A stretch of DNA of 64,000 bases from Spirochaetia bacterium (GCA_965226055.1 CBDDCA010000006.1:128001-192000); one strand, 5' to 3'; positions 32,363-41,411 are shown, numbered from the stretch's first letter. Notes: a model not told the origin generated them from the letters alone. Made by a program: numbers and translations.

Positions 32363-33427
32363 TTACTCTCCATCTGTTTCCACATTTTCTTGCAATGATG
32401 TAGATGTTTCTTCTTTTTCATCTACTATTGTCGCTGGAGGCTCATCGGTAACAATATCATCAAGAAAATCAATATTGGGTACAGCGGGAGATTCAATAGG
32501 TTCAATATTTTTTGTTTCCACTTCAATAAGTACTGATGTAGGCGATAAAGAAATAATTTCAATATTCGTTGCACGTGATAATGTAGGAATAAGTGTATAA
32601 GTACCACTTTCAGATATAGATGATGCATCTAGTACAATAGTAGGAGTAAAATCATTCACATTCACTCTTCTTCCTTGCACAATAAGAGAAGCTGTTGGTA
32701 TATCTGTAGTAACAAGCAGATCGTCAGAAAGATTTACTAGCTCCATACTTACTTCATTAATTGTTCTTACGGTAATAACCTGTTGTATGTTTGCAGTTAC
32801 TTCCACTTCCTCAGGCTCTACATCCAGTGCTACATTAGTCATGTTAATCACTCTTACAATACTTGTAAAGTCTCTTGTTTCGTTTGCTAGATTTATTTCC
32901 TGTGTTTCTACTACTTCAATAGGAAGAACAACTGAACGAGGCCCTGTTACTTTAATATCCGTAGGAACAACACTAAACCCTTGAAATCCATATTGCGGAG
33001 GAGGAGCATTAACAAACACAGGTAACACACTCACTGTTTTTGTAATTTTCCGTTCAATATTACTTTCTACAGTACTGGGGTTTGGGGCTACTTCTATATT
33101 ATTCAAATCAAGAAATACACCACTACGGATAATTTGAATATTCTCAGTATATATTCCTTCTGCATCATATAAACTAAAATCAATAACCGCAGCTACATTG
33201 TCTACACTAATTCTTGACAAAGCAGCACGACTCCCTTTTAATAATACAGTCACCGACTTAGGAGGAGGCTGAATAAATGTAAAACGAGTATCAATCTTTG
33301 CAGTAAGAGGTACTGTAACATATTTTTCTTCTGTATTTATTACTACAGAAAAAAACAAATATGTTATCAGAGCAAGACCTAAAGCAAAAATATATTCAAC
33401 TAAGGTTTGAATACGTTTAGTGTTCAC
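32363..33427 (-). CDS. cdaR: CdaR/YbbR-domain protein
   Basis: N-terminal TM, repeated YbbR-like beta domains (VTVLLKGSR, IKVTGPRS); GTGA overlap with cdaA. Confidence 0.8.
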   Translation of the reverse strand: MNTKRIQTLVEYIFALGLALITYLFFSVVINTEEKYVTVPLTAKIDTRFTFIQPPPKSVTVLLKGSRAALSRISVDNVAAVIDFSLYDAEGIYTENIQIIRSGVFLDLNNIEVAPNPSTVESNIERKITKTVSVLPVFVNAPPPQYGFQGFSVVPTDIKVTGPRSVVLPIEVVETQEINLANETRDFTSIVRVINMTNVALDVEPEEVEVTANIQQVITVRTINEVSMELVNLSDDLLVTTDIPTASLIVQGRRVNVNDFTPTIVLDASSISESGTYTLIPTLSRATNIEIISLSPTSVLIEVETKNIEPIESPAVPNIDFLDDIVTDEPPATIVDEKEETSTSLQENVETDGE

Positions 33428-34239
33428 TGAGTATCCTCTGTACTAAGATAGTTTTCTAACTCTACATTTACAAAAGAATCTTCAAGGATAAGTTTAGCAT
33501 AATGGCATATTTTTTCTATAGGCAAGTCATAAAATAACTGACCTTGATATACCAGCGTAATTGCTTTTGTTTCCTCAGACAATACAATAACTACTGCATC
33601 GCTATTTTGGGAAATACCTACTGCAGCTCTATGTCGAGATCCAAGCTGTGGTGGAATATCAGCCCCTAATTCCAATGGAAGAAAACAGTTAGCAAACACA
33701 ATTCTATTGTGTCTAATAATAACCGCTCCATCATGTAAAATAGTATCATGAGAAAAAATAGAAACCAGTAGCTCTGCAGAAATAGTAGCATCTAAAGCAA
33801 CTTTATTAGAAACTAATCCTTCTATATCAATATTTTTCTGCAAGATAATAATAGCACCCCGATTAAGTTTTTTTAACAAATTGATAGCACGAGCTATATA
33901 AGTAAAATTAGGAAGCAATATTTTTTTCTTAAATACATTGAGAGTACTACTAAAAAACCTTCTTGTGATCATTACTCGTAACTCGGGCTGAAATATAATT
34001 AAAGCACCAAGTAATATAATACCAATGGTGTTATTCAACACCCATAATAATGTTTGAAGATTTAATAGAAAAGCAAGCGCATATAAAACAAAAAAGAAAA
34101 CAAGACGTATAAAAAATATATTTGAACGAATTGTCTTTAATAACTTATAAGCATAAAAAAAGATGATACTTAAGCTAAATACATCTAACACCTGTCTTAT
34201 AACATTATAGATATTAAGCTGTATTACATCGTTTAACAA
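33424..34239 (-). CDS. cdaA: Diadenylate cyclase CdaA
   Basis: Three N-terminal TMs, IIFQPELR, LHDGAVII and LGSRHRAA catalytic motifs, LSEET. Confidence 0.93.
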   Translation of the reverse strand: MLNDVIQLNIYNVIRQVLDVFSLSIIFFYAYKLLKTIRSNIFFIRLVFFFVLYALAFLLNLQTLLWVLNNTIGIILLGALIIFQPELRVMITRRFFSSTLNVFKKKILLPNFTYIARAINLLKKLNRGAIIILQKNIDIEGLVSNKVALDATISAELLVSIFSHDTILHDGAVIIRHNRIVFANCFLPLELGADIPPQLGSRHRAAVGISQNSDAVVIVLSEETKAITLVYQGQLFYDLPIEKICHYAKLILEDSFVNVELENYLSTEDTQ

Positions 34240-34337
34240 AGCTACTTCTTACCCTAATACATAGTATCTATAAGATACAATAGGCAAATATACCTATCTA
34301 ATAGAGGATACATACATGAGTCATACATTTATAAGAA

Positions 34338-34430
34338 TTATTTTTTCTTTTTATGTCTATTTTTTCGCAATCTTTTCTTAAACTTATGCTTAGAAATTTT
34401 CTTTCTTTTTCTTTTTCTACCACATGGCAC
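34338..34430 (-). CDS. Small basic ribosomal protein bS22 (AURKAIP1/COX24-like), 30 aa; absent from the ORF track
   Basis: GTG start with AAGAGGT RBS; MPCGRKRKRKKISKHKFKKRLRKNRHKKKK. Confidence 0.88.
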   Translation of the reverse strand: MPCGRKRKRKKISKHKFKKRLRKNRHKKKK

Positions 34431-34581
34431 AGATAGTTACCTCTTTTTACCTTATAATACTATTAGTGTAGCATAAACTATAAATTATAGCAATATACTA
34501 GCATATAATTTTTTGGACTGTTACTCTCTCGTACACTCTATAGAAATACTGTAGTAACAGCCCCTTACTGCTCTTTAGGTT

Positions 34582-34616
34582 CTATAGCAAGAAAGAGCTA
34601 TCCTTTCTTGCTATAG
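34582..34616. terminator. 14-bp hairpin downstream of lipoprotein copy 3 (homolog of the copy 1 hairpin)
   Basis: CTATAGCAAGAAAG-agctatc-CTTTCTTGCTATAG. Confidence 0.7.
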
Positions 34617-34635
34617 GTATGTATTTCTATACTTG

Positions 34636-37600
34636 CTACGATGAAGGACATGCTACTTTATCAGTTCTATCCTTTGGCCACTGTGTGCCTTTTGTATTTT
34701 TATCAGCCATAGGAGAACCGGCAAAATAAGTAGAAGTTATCTGTGTCTTACATAGTCTCCATTTTGATAAATCTTGATCAAATGAAGAAGCACTGTGAAA
34801 TATAAAATCAGCTGCAGTAATTTTACTCACATTCCAATTTCCTATGTCTTTATCAAATGCAGTAGCCCTAAAGAACAAAAGCTGCATATTTGTCACTTCA
34901 CTTACATTCCAGTTTCCTATATCTTGATTAAAGGCATTTGCATTATTAAACATACCATTCATACTCTGAACTTGACTTACATCCCAACCTCCTATGTCTT
35001 GGTTAAATGTAGTCGCACTACTAAACATACTACCCATAGAAATAACTTTACTCACATCCCAATCTCCTATATCTTGATTAAATACAAAAGCAGATTCAAA
35101 CATAGAATTCATACTCTCTACATTACTGGTGTTCCACTGTGTTATGTCTCCATTAAAAGTACTACTATCATTATTGAATAAACTACTCATATCAGTAATA
35201 GCACTGGTGTCTATCATGTTGAGGTTGGGGCTATTGGTGTTTTGTCTCCCTGCTCCTCTTTCTGCAGTGATAATATCTTGCAGTGCTTTCTTTGTCGTTG
35301 GTCTATAATAGCTAGCTACTTGTCCTGCTAGTTTCACCAGCCCTGTCTCTACATTGATAGTCGCAAGTACTTTTCCTCCTGAATAAGATCCCGAAGTAAT
35401 TGTACACTGCACTACCCCGTAGTTATACTCAGTTATAGTAGAGTCATGTATGTTTGATTTATTTGCTATGCCTGCTATTGTTACTGTATTGGTATTTTTT
35501 GCAAATGTTACTGTTAGGCCTGTTTCTTCTTTGAGTGTGCTGTTATCGTTATCTATTGTGCTTTCATCACAGGTAAAGGTAAGTCCACTAGGACTGATAC
35601 TGGTAAGTACTCTCGTTGTATTTTGTGCGAGTGCTGTGCCTACTGTTGCTGATACCTTTGTGGCATTTCCTATCACTACTGCTAGCGTGCTGGCAGATAC
35701 TGCTGTTGCTTCTGCCGATACCTTTGTCTTTTTAAGGCTATTTACTGCTACTGCGGTGATATAGTACTTTGTATTCAATCGTAGATTGCGTATTGTATAG
35801 CTTGTTGCTCCTGTTGGCACATCGTCTTTTTCTGCTCCTTCTTGTGCATCGCTTGCCGCTTTTGCTTGCGTTTTTACTGTTGCTCCATCTATGTTTGTTT
35901 TTGAGGCTGCATAGTATACTATATAGTCTATTTGATTATCTCTTAAATCAGTTCCGTCTGCTGTCGTTCCTTTTACGGTAGGGGCTGTTATGGTAAGTAC
36001 TATGGTTGCTCCTTGTGCATTTGCTTGTATGGTGGGCTTTCCTGGTGCGGCATAGGCTTCTTTTGCGATAAACTCCTTGCGTAGTCCTGTTGCTTCTTTG
36101 CTGGTATCGGTGCTGTTTACTGCTTGCACTACTATTTCGTAAGTTGTGCCTACTGTCAATCCTGTCAGAGTGCTGTTGGTTGTGCCTGCTGCTACTGCTG
36201 TGGAGCTTCCTGCTGCTGTTTTTATTTGTGCTACTGTCCTTGTTGTACTGCCACTTTTGGCTACTTTGTATACTTTGTACGATACTTGTGCTACTGTTAG
36301 GGCATCTCCTTTGTTTGTTTTGTGGCTTGCATTGAGGCTGGGGGCTGTCCACGATATTGTTGCACTTCCTCCTGTTACTCCTCCTACTTGTATGTTGCTT
36401 ACTTCTGCGGGGGCAGTCGCCTGTGATGCGGTTGTTACACTTGCCACTGTCGATACTGCTTTTTTGCTTGTGTCTGTTTTTACTGCTACTTCTACCACAA
36501 AATGATACTTTGTTGCTCCTTTTATTGCTACTACTGGTGCTGTGTCTTCAGATACGCCTAAACTGCTAAGGGCAGAGACAGTGTACACTCCGCTACTTGC
36601 TGTGCCTATACTTACTCTTCTGCCTCTTTGTACTTCTGCTACTGTAGGGGTTGTGTCTTTCTGTAAGCCGTACACTGTGTATACTAGCTCATCATTGCTT
36701 GTTACTGTTGTGCCATCTTTGTTTTTTGCTCCTGTTATTGTGCTTAACTGTGTGAGTACGAGCTTTATTGTTCCTGCTGTGTTTGTTGATGGTGATACTA
36801 CCAGCTTGCCTGTTAAGGACGATGTAGGGGCTGTTGCTTTTGAGGTGGGGATAGTGCTTAATTCTAGTTTTTGTATCAGTGCAGGGTCTTTACTTTGTGC
36901 TTTCTTTGTTGCATAGGGATTGAGGCTGTTTATTGCTTCTATGCCTATGGTGTACACTGCTCCTTTTGTTCCTATAAATGTTCCTCGTAAGCTGCTGTTT
37001 CCTGCTATCTCTTGTGTTTGTACTCCTCCTATTGCTTTTATTTCTGCTATGCTTTTAGTACTCTGGTCTCCTGCTACTATGTATACTTTGTACTGTATTT
37101 GTGCCTGTGTGAGTTGTCTGTCATTGGGGGCTTTGTGCTTGCTGGTAATTGTTCCTTTTTGAAACTCGTACTGTACTGTATCGCTTGTTTGTGTTGATGT
37201 TTCAATAAACAGAGTGAGATTCTCTGGTGCGGGTGGGACAGTGGATACTGCATCATATACTGCTACTTTGCCAGTGAGTGTTGTTGGGGGGCTTACTCTG
37301 TTATTTTCTACTGTGAAAAAGGTAAAGCTATAGCTTTTTGCATTTGCTTGTGTTGATGATACTTCTATGCCATCTGCTATGCCAAAGCTAATGATGGTTG
37401 CTGTTCCTGTTATGCTTTTTTCTGCTACCAAGTTTGTGCCATCTAACATACGCAGGGTGTAGTACTTATTTGATCCAGGAGCTTGCTTAAAGGTTGCTTT
37501 TATTTGTATAACTCCTGTTGTTTTGTCTAGAGCAGGCTTGTTTTGAAAGAGATCTTCTGAGGGAGCTGTGAGTGAGTTGGGGGTAGTTATGTCTTTTGTT

Positions 37601-39336
37601 GCTTGGGTGCTTTTATTTTCTGAGTAATCATAGGTGAGTATTGTTATGGTGTATGTTTTTCCTTGCACAAGTTCTTCTACAAAGAATGCTGTCGTGGGAT
37701 AGGGTATTTTCTTCTCGTTCAGTACTGCAGTGCTTGTGCCTTTCTCTGCTATGCTTATGCTGTATTCTTTTATGTCCTTGTTATTGGCTTTTGTTACATC
37801 GGGGGCTGTCCATATTATCTGTGTGCCTATCTTTGCTGCTGATACAAAAGGATAGCTTGCTTGTATGCTTGTCACTGCATCGGGGGCGGTGCTATCTGCT
37901 GATGTGGTTACTGTGACTGTTGCTTCTGTTCCTTTGTTGCCTGCACTGTCCATTGATACGACTGCCACTGTATACTCGGTGGTTGCTTTGAGATCTGTTA
38001 TCTGCGTGTTTCTTACTGTTCTCTCTGTTATTGTCACTGTCTTTGCGGGAGTACTACTGTCCTTTTCTGTTGCTGTTATAGTCACTCCTGCATAGTCTCG
38101 TACATCGGGGGCTTGCCAGCCTACTACTATGCTTGTTGCTCCTCCTACTACACTTACATTGGTCGTAGGCTTTGTTGTCTTGTCTGTTGTTGCTTGTTCT
38201 TTTGACACTGCAGTGGAGTACTTTCCGTTTTGAGAAACATACACCTCTACTTTGTAAGTAAGCGTGCCATAGAGTTTTGTGAGTGCTATGCCATCTTTTG
38301 CTACATACACAGTGGCGTATTCTCTGTTATCTGCACTTGCTCCGCTGAGTGTTGCAGTACTGCTATTGTTCACAGTTTCTTCTACTACTACTGTATTTGT
38401 TGCGGTTGCTATCACTCGTACTAAGAGGCTTTTGTCCGTAAAGGTAACATTTCCCCACTTGATAAGTAGGCTTTCATCGGCTGGGCTATTGCTTTTATCG
38501 TTTGCTGTTACTGTAAGGTCTGCCTCTGGCAGTGGCGTTACTGTTTGTGAAAGCTGTGATGCTTGCACGCCTGTCAGTACTGTTGTAGGACTGCTTGTGT
38601 TATCATTTCTGTCTTTGTAGCGTATTTCTACATCATAGGATATGCCTGCAAGCGTGGAGACTTTTGAAAGTATAACTTCTCCTTGCTGTAGGTTCTGCAC
38701 GGTAGCTTGCGCAAGCACTATGCCACCAGTCGTGCTTTTTACCACTATCGTTGCTTCTGCTATGTCTGTCTTGCCTGATGCAAGTCGCTCTTTGTCCCAT
38801 GTTATTTTTATGCCATCCCCCGACTTCTCTACTCCTACCTGTGTCAATGTGTCCTGTGGTGCAGTAGTATCTATCAGTGTTGTAACAGAGCGTGTTGTTT
38901 TTGGTGATACTTCTGTGTCTTTTTGTGCCTCTATCTCTACAGTGTAGTCGGTGAGTGCTTGTAAGCCTTTGAGTTGGTACGATTGTCCTTGTTGAAAGAG
39001 TGTTTGATATTCTATTGCAGGAACACGCACTTGTATAGACTGTGCTGGTGCAGTTGATGTAGCTTTTACGACTACATGCGTGGCTTCGCTGGGAGCTTCC
39101 CAGCGTAACGAGAGTGTCCCATCGTTGCTTGCTACTTGTATCTGCACATTGGACACTGATGCGAGTGTCGGGGTTACTGGTGTTCCCCCTCCGCCTGATG
39201 AGGAACTGCTACTGCCCCCCGAACATCCTACGAGTACAAGGGTAGTCATTGCTAGCACTAAAAATAGTGCTACAACTATAAATATGTTCAGCTTACCATT
39301 AAGCCGATAGTTTAGTTCTTCATTACTTTTTTTCAT
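34636..39336 (-). CDS. Large surface lipoprotein copy 3 (FN3-like stalk + DUF285/BspA-like tip), intact
   Basis: AAGGAGAT RBS before ATG 39336 (MKKSNEEL); lipobox LVLVG-C; stalk colinear with copy 1; six DUF285-type repeats. Confidence 0.9.
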   Translation of the reverse strand: MKKSNEELNYRLNGKLNIFIVVALFLVLAMTTLVLVGCSGGSSSSSSGGGGTPVTPTLASVSNVQIQVASNDGTLSLRWEAPSEATHVVVKATSTAPAQSIQVRVPAIEYQTLFQQGQSYQLKGLQALTDYTVEIEAQKDTEVSPKTTRSVTTLIDTTAPQDTLTQVGVEKSGDGIKITWDKERLASGKTDIAEATIVVKSTTGGIVLAQATVQNLQQGEVILSKVSTLAGISYDVEIRYKDRNDNTSSPTTVLTGVQASQLSQTVTPLPEADLTVTANDKSNSPADESLLIKWGNVTFTDKSLLVRVIATATNTVVVEETVNNSSTATLSGASADNREYATVYVAKDGIALTKLYGTLTYKVEVYVSQNGKYSTAVSKEQATTDKTTKPTTNVSVVGGATSIVVGWQAPDVRDYAGVTITATEKDSSTPAKTVTITERTVRNTQITDLKATTEYTVAVVSMDSAGNKGTEATVTVTTSADSTAPDAVTSIQASYPFVSAAKIGTQIIWTAPDVTKANNKDIKEYSISIAEKGTSTAVLNEKKIPYPTTAFFVEELVQGKTYTITILTYDYSENKSTQATKDITTPNSLTAPSEDLFQNKPALDKTTGVIQIKATFKQAPGSNKYYTLRMLDGTNLVAEKSITGTATIISFGIADGIEVSSTQANAKSYSFTFFTVENNRVSPPTTLTGKVAVYDAVSTVPPAPENLTLFIETSTQTSDTVQYEFQKGTITSKHKAPNDRQLTQAQIQYKVYIVAGDQSTKSIAEIKAIGGVQTQEIAGNSSLRGTFIGTKGAVYTIGIEAINSLNPYATKKAQSKDPALIQKLELSTIPTSKATAPTSSLTGKLVVSPSTNTAGTIKLVLTQLSTITGAKNKDGTTVTSNDELVYTVYGLQKDTTPTVAEVQRGRRVSIGTASSGVYTVSALSSLGVSEDTAPVVAIKGATKYHFVVEVAVKTDTSKKAVSTVASVTTASQATAPAEVSNIQVGGVTGGSATISWTAPSLNASHKTNKGDALTVAQVSYKVYKVAKSGSTTRTVAQIKTAAGSSTAVAAGTTNSTLTGLTVGTTYEIVVQAVNSTDTSKEATGLRKEFIAKEAYAAPGKPTIQANAQGATIVLTITAPTVKGTTADGTDLRDNQIDYIVYYAASKTNIDGATVKTQAKAASDAQEGAEKDDVPTGATSYTIRNLRLNTKYYITAVAVNSLKKTKVSAEATAVSASTLAVVIGNATKVSATVGTALAQNTTRVLTSISPSGLTFTCDESTIDNDNSTLKEETGLTVTFAKNTNTVTIAGIANKSNIHDSTITEYNYGVVQCTITSGSYSGGKVLATINVETGLVKLAGQVASYYRPTTKKALQDIITAERGAGRQNTNSPNLNMIDTSAITDMSSLFNNDSSTFNGDITQWNTSNVESMNSMFESAFVFNQDIGDWDVSKVISMGSMFSSATTFNQDIGGWDVSQVQSMNGMFNNANAFNQDIGNWNVSEVTNMQLLFFRATAFDKDIGNWNVSKITAADFIFHSASSFDQDLSKWRLCKTQITSTYFAGSPMADKNTKGTQWPKDRTDKVACPSS

Positions 39337-39391
39337 AATGATCTCCTTGTTGGTATCTATTATTGTGTAATTATCATTACACCTAAGCATC

Positions 39392-39452
39392 ATTATAGTA
39401 CAAATACTATTTTTTGTGTTATCTCTATAAATTAAAAAAAAAAAAAAAAAAA
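39392..39452 (-). promoter_or_regulatory. Putative promoter of copy 3 preceded by a T19 tract
   Basis: Minus strand: T19 (39434-39452), then ATAACA-N16-TACTATAAT; homologous to the copy 2 upstream region. Confidence 0.55.
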
Positions 39453-39833
39453 TGCGATGAAATACACAAAAATATACAGCAAAAAAAGTGATAATAATGC
39501 TATAATAGAGATATTATGAACCACAAAGAACCTATGCAACTCATTGTTGCCAGCTCAAATATCCATAATAATACAAGAGATACATCAAATACTTCCACAT
39601 AAGATAAAGCAGAGAAATCTGTGACATAGATATATCAAGAACAATATTTGTACTTGGCAGGTACAATTTTCAATCAAAACAATACTTATACATAGTATTA
39701 CAATATGAGTAATAGTGTAAGGAACTGAGGATAGCTACCGCCCCCCAGCCCCCTGCTGACTCCCGTGTAAACATCTTACAACAGGAGAAAAAACATAATT
39801 ACATCAGAAAAAAAATGGAGAAAGTAGTATACT

Positions 39834-40418
39834 ATGCATATGGCAGAACAATATGTAACAACAAAAAACAATAGCAAAGATACGAAAAAAACGAATAAAG
39901 CTACCTCTATCAAAAAAAAGCCATCCTCAAAAAACACAGAAGATAAATCATTAAAAAAACCTACTACTCACTATGAGTTATTATCCAAAGAGATACATCA
40001 CGTAGAAGACAAACTATCAGAAAAAATAGACAATGTAGAAAATAAGCTATCAGAAAGAATAAATCATGTAGAAAACAAACTATCAGAAAGAATAAATCAT
40101 GTAGAAAACAAACTATCAGAAAGAATAGACCATGTAGAAAACAAACTATCAGAAAAAATAGACAATGTAGAAAGTAAGCTATCAGAAAGAATAGATCATG
40201 TAGAAAACAAACTATCAGAAAAAATAGACAATGTAGAAAGTAAGCTATCAGAAAGAATAGATCATGTAGAAAGTAGAGTATTAGAAAAGATAGACGGTGT
40301 AGAGAATAAACTTGATAGAGCGATAAAAAACTTAAGTGATAAACTTACTCCTATTTATTGGATTCTTGGAATACAAATAACAGCAATATTAGGACTTATA
40401 TTTTATCTTCATAGATAA
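39834..40418 (+). CDS. Bdr-like repetitive coiled-coil protein with C-terminal membrane anchor
   Basis: Ten 11-aa KLSE(K/R)I(D/N)xVE repeats; C-terminal YWILGIQITAILGLIFYL. Confidence 0.8.
   Translation: MHMAEQYVTTKNNSKDTKKTNKATSIKKKPSSKNTEDKSLKKPTTHYELLSKEIHHVEDKLSEKIDNVENKLSERINHVENKLSERINHVENKLSERIDHVENKLSEKIDNVESKLSERIDHVENKLSEKIDNVESKLSERIDHVESRVLEKIDGVENKLDRAIKNLSDKLTPIYWILGIQITAILGLIFYLHR
39993..40322 (+). repeat. 33-bp coding tandem repeat, about 10 units
   Basis: Consensus ATAGAYMATGTAGAAAAYAARCTATCAGAAARA; units 5-6 and 7-8 form a near-identical 66-bp pair. Confidence 0.92.
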
Positions 40419-40490
40419 ATATAGGTTTGTATAAACAAATAAATAGCAGTAAGAGAAATACCAAACTCCAAGAGCCTTCTTTATTACAAG

Positions 40491-41000
40491 CTAGTGCGTA
40501 TAAGATATTGTAGAGGATGCACCTGAACACAAACCTTCATATATACTATAAAGGAAAAGAATTGTAAAAAGTATGATAAAAAGGGTAGGGATAAAACGTT
40601 CTATTGTTGTCAACAAGGAATATTTATTAGATCTATTTTCTGTATGTTTCAATATTTTCCATTCTTCTGTAAAGCATGCAAAAGACAGTTTTTCTTCTAT
40701 CTTTTGAATAACTTGAAATTTTCCAGCATTTAAACATTTGTATGAGCGTATGTTAAAAAACCACACTATAGAAAAAAGCAATCCAAAAACACTCATTCCA
40801 ATAATCAATAAAGTATCTACTATTTTTAATCTAAGAAAAGCATAGCTTGTAGTAACAAGAAGAGAACAAAGAGTAAGATAAAAATTATTACTCCGTAATC
40901 TTCTATCGCTAACATTCTCTGCTGTTTGTACATACATTTTGTATATTTCTATCAGATCATTCTTTTCATTATCTTTATCTGTATTATTATCAGTATCCAT
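40491..41000 (-). CDS. 3-TM membrane protein, putative TIR-associated effector
   Basis: EIYKMYVQTAENVSDRRLRSNNFYLTL, two TMs, SYKCLNAGKFQVIQKIEEKL, F.EEW..L, IERFIP + TM; 6 nt downstream of the TIR gene. Confidence 0.75.
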   Translation of the reverse strand: MDTDNNTDKDNEKNDLIEIYKMYVQTAENVSDRRLRSNNFYLTLCSLLVTTSYAFLRLKIVDTLLIIGMSVFGLLFSIVWFFNIRSYKCLNAGKFQVIQKIEEKLSFACFTEEWKILKHTENRSNKYSLLTTIERFIPTLFIILFTILFLYSIYEGLCSGASSTISYTH

Positions 41001-41006
41001 TATTAC

Positions 41007-41411
41007 CTACCTATAATACCTAATAGCTTGCACTATACTATTAGTATTCCATCCCACAATTTCATCAGCACAATCTTTTGCATGCTGAGATGTATATATG
41101 CTTCCCCATGGTGCTATAGCTATAATCGGCTTTTTCCATGTGTTCTCTGCGATATCTATTTCAATATCTATCCAATCACTATAGGTACAATACACTCCAG
41201 CAAGCACCAAAAAAACATGACAATTTCTTATTTTTTCTTTTATTTTTGCTCTTAGTTGTTTTTTTGTTCCATTAGTATGAATAGGATCATCTCTTGGCGC
41301 AGATAAATTTTTGTAAGAAAAATAACCACGCTTATTTAGTAATGCTATTAAGTTATCATATTGATATTGATATTTCCATGAATGGCTTATAAATAAATTA
41401 CATGTTCTCAT
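41007..41411 (-). CDS. Stand-alone TIR-domain protein (ThsB/MTH538-like)
   Basis: LFISHSW, VFLVLAGVY, SDWIDIEI (catalytic Glu), KPIIAIAPWG, ADEIVGWN. Confidence 0.88.
   Translation of the reverse strand: MRTCNLFISHSWKYQYQYDNLIALLNKRGYFSYKNLSAPRDDPIHTNGTKKQLRAKIKEKIRNCHVFLVLAGVYCTYSDWIDIEIDIAENTWKKPIIAIAPWGSIYTSQHAKDCADEIVGWNTNSIVQAIRYYR

Noticed and set aside
34636-39393. Copy 3 as a pure assembly duplicate of copy 1, and the ORF-track start at 39393
   Set aside because: Scattered substitutions, a different leader, a different tip and different flanks indicate a real paralog; the RBS supports ATG 39336
39993-40322. 33-bp repeat array as a CRISPR
   Set aside because: Head-to-tail repeats without unique spacers, in frame within a protein; no cas genes
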